Shown here piece by piece: positions 60,775-64,000 of a DNA stretch of 64,000 bases. Made by a program: the position numbers and the translations under genes. This DNA is from Octopus sinensis (lineage: Eukaryota): NCBI RefSeq assembly GCF_006345805.1, contig NC_042998.1:55180001-55244000 (forward strand), given 5' to 3'. The notes under the pieces are model-generated. The model did no database searches. It was not told the DNA's origin and saw only the letters and a program-made list of their open reading frames with translations. The stretch's first letter is position 1. Every line of letters begins with the position of its first letter.

Positions 60775-61360
60775 ATTTCAACAAACTACATGGTTTTCCC
60801 TTCAAATTTTATCTCTCTCGAGTCTAATGCACTTTTCCATTTTTCTCTCCCACACTTCTATGCACTGCTGAAAGGATTCATCTGGGATGCCCCTCAGCTC
60901 CGTCGCTACGGCCTTTATGATGGCCTCTACGCCTTCAAAACAGGTTCCCTTGATGATCCCCTTGAGCTTGGAGAAAAGAAGAAAGTCACACGGAACAAGA
61001 TTGGGTGAATAGGGAGATAGGTCCAGTACGGCGATATTCTTCTCGGCCAGAAACTGCTGGATGTTCGGTTGTGAGTAGGTGCATTGTCGTGGTGACGTAG
61101 CCACGATTTGTTCTGTCACAACTCTCGTCTCTTCTTACGCACAGCGAAGCAAACACCGCAGGATTTCTTTGTAGATATGCTGATTGACTGCTCGACGTTG
61201 ACCTCAGTCCTGCTTGCTGAAGGCCTCCCGCTCCGCGAATCATTTTCCACTTCTTTGAATCTTTTGTGTCACTCAAAAACACGTGTGCGCTACATGGTGT
61301 TATCTCCAAACACTTGTTGAAGCACATCAAGTGCTTGTGACGGAGTTTTCCCCCACAGTA
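60775..61360 (-). pseudogene. Internally deleted mariner transposase relic
   Basis: N-terminal ..LQQVFGD..RVFE.HKRFKE..NDSRSGRPS joined to C-terminal ..HHDNAP.H.., SPYSPNLVPCDFLLFSKLK (cf. YSPDLAPxDF); the central catalytic region is missing. Confidence 0.85.
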
Positions 61361-61401
61361 TTAATAGCTGAACGACCTGTAAAAGGTATGTAAACAAAAA
61401 C

Positions 61402-61831
61402 GGTACTTTTTGATTATCTCACCCCCATTAAAAAATTGCCATTAAAAAATTGGGTTATCTACCCCCTAAAACATTGAGTTTATGTGGCGACGAGAGATTG
61501 AGTTAAACGGGTAACATCCTTTTGATTCAATACTTCAGCACATTGTTGACTTTTGGCCTCCTCAATAGATATGGTATGATTTGTTATAAAAATGTTATTA
61601 GATTCAATGAGATGTTTAATTATTTCAGCTTTCATGTTTATTAATTTTTTCAATTGTGCATGGTGTATTATAAAAATATTATCAAATTCACTAAGATGTT
61701 TAATCTTTTCGCTTTTCATGTTTAATAATTTTATCATTCTTTTTTGTTTTTATTGAGGGTTAAACAATTTTTTTAGTTGGGGGGAGATAACCCAATTTTT
61801 TTAATAGGAGTAAGATAACCAAAAAATTACC
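61402..61831. mobile_element. MITE with ~70-bp imperfect TIRs (GGTA..TACC) and 9-bp TSD (Merlin- or MULE-like)
   Basis: Left TIR ggtactttttgattatctcacccccattaaaaaattg..; right TIR ..caatttttttaataggagtaagataaccaaaaaattacc; flanks aacaaaaac (61393-61401) and aacaagaac (61832-61840); internal ~80-bp tandem repeat. Confidence 0.7.
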
Positions 61832-61989
61832 AACAAGAACATGTAGAAAAATATGCATTGGTTGCAGAAAGCTAAGATTACAGTTATATATTCCCAAGAT
61901 ATCATGTTAAATGATAACACAATCCGCTTATCACTCTTTCGCTCATAGCTCACACTGCATACCTAATCCTTTTCAGACAGACCTCGTAT

Positions 61990-63370
<1,381 letters not shown>

Positions 63371-63871
63371 ACAAGTACCGCCCGGGCAATGCTTTTATAG
63401 GGGTGGTGCTTTTGGGTCTGCTGCAGTAAGCTTGGGGGCTTGATAAGTTTGGGGGCCCAAGACGGAACAGCAAGCTCAGGGGCAACTCTGGGTGATACAC
63501 CTCACGCTACTGTGTATTCCCTTTTCAAGCTGAGCTGCTCATCAGTCTGTCTTTAGGTCGTTTCAGAAGAATATTACTCGTTCTATGAGATGAGGTTGCT
63601 ACCATTTCACTCAATTTTTTTCCGCTCCTGAAGAAAGGGATGGTATGTGTGGGCTTCCGCGATACTTTGACGGCGAGAGGGGTAGATAGATAGATAGCTA
63701 GATAGATAGATGGCCGACCCAAATATCTGACAGGTACTTTCTTTACCAATCCATGAAGGGTTAAAAAGAATTGACCTCGACAGAATTTGAAATTGGAGTG
63801 AAGAGAGTCAGAAAGAATTTCGCAAGGAGTTCTATCCGATGCTCTTGCGACTCTACCATTACCAATATTCT

Positions 63872-64000
63872 ACATCGGCAAGCTGGTAGAATCGTTAGCA
63901 CGCCAGGTAAAATGCTTAGCGGCATTGTGTCCCTCTTTACGTTCTGAGTTCAAATGCCGGTGTGGTCGAACTTTACTTTTCATCTTTTCGGGTCGATAAA
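63872..64000 (+). mobile_element. SINE family A, truncated by the window end
   Basis: ggcaagctggtagaatcgttagcacgccaggtaaaatgcttagcggc..gttctgagttcaaat. Confidence 0.85.

Noticed and set aside
63535-63575. GAAAC..CTGATGA on the minus strand, suggesting a type II hammerhead
   Set aside because: Stems I and III cannot be paired.

Overview
AT-rich eukaryotic, repeat-dominated DNA with no recognisable host protein-coding gene, rRNA, tRNA gene or CRISPR array. The tRNA-derived SINE families and the density of (TA)n/(TG)n/(TATG)n/(TAA)n tracts suggest an octopod cephalopod (Octopus-like); this is inferred from recalled SINE consensus shapes, not from a search. Most ORFs in the supplied track are microsatellite artefacts. 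Real content: (1) a decayed Ty3/Gypsy LTR element (16.9-21.6 kb, minus strand) interrupted by a 985-bp gag-only retroposed element that has a 17-bp TSD and shares its 3' tail with the commonest SINE; (2) a same-polarity array of three different Dong/R4-type (REL endonuclease) LINE copies plus a non-coding satellite element, separated by TAA/GAA tracts (23.5-29.5 kb); (3) a 3.65-kb head-to-head Penelope-like palindrome (33.7-37.3 kb) whose arms each carry a GIY-YIG ORF end and a hammerhead ribozyme with an unusually long stem II, plus four other minimal hammerhead-like relics; (4) RTE, L2/CR1-like, pogo/Tigger and mariner fragments, foldback/MITE elements, and dozens of SINE copies. All alignments were done by eye, so edges of degenerate copies are approximate.
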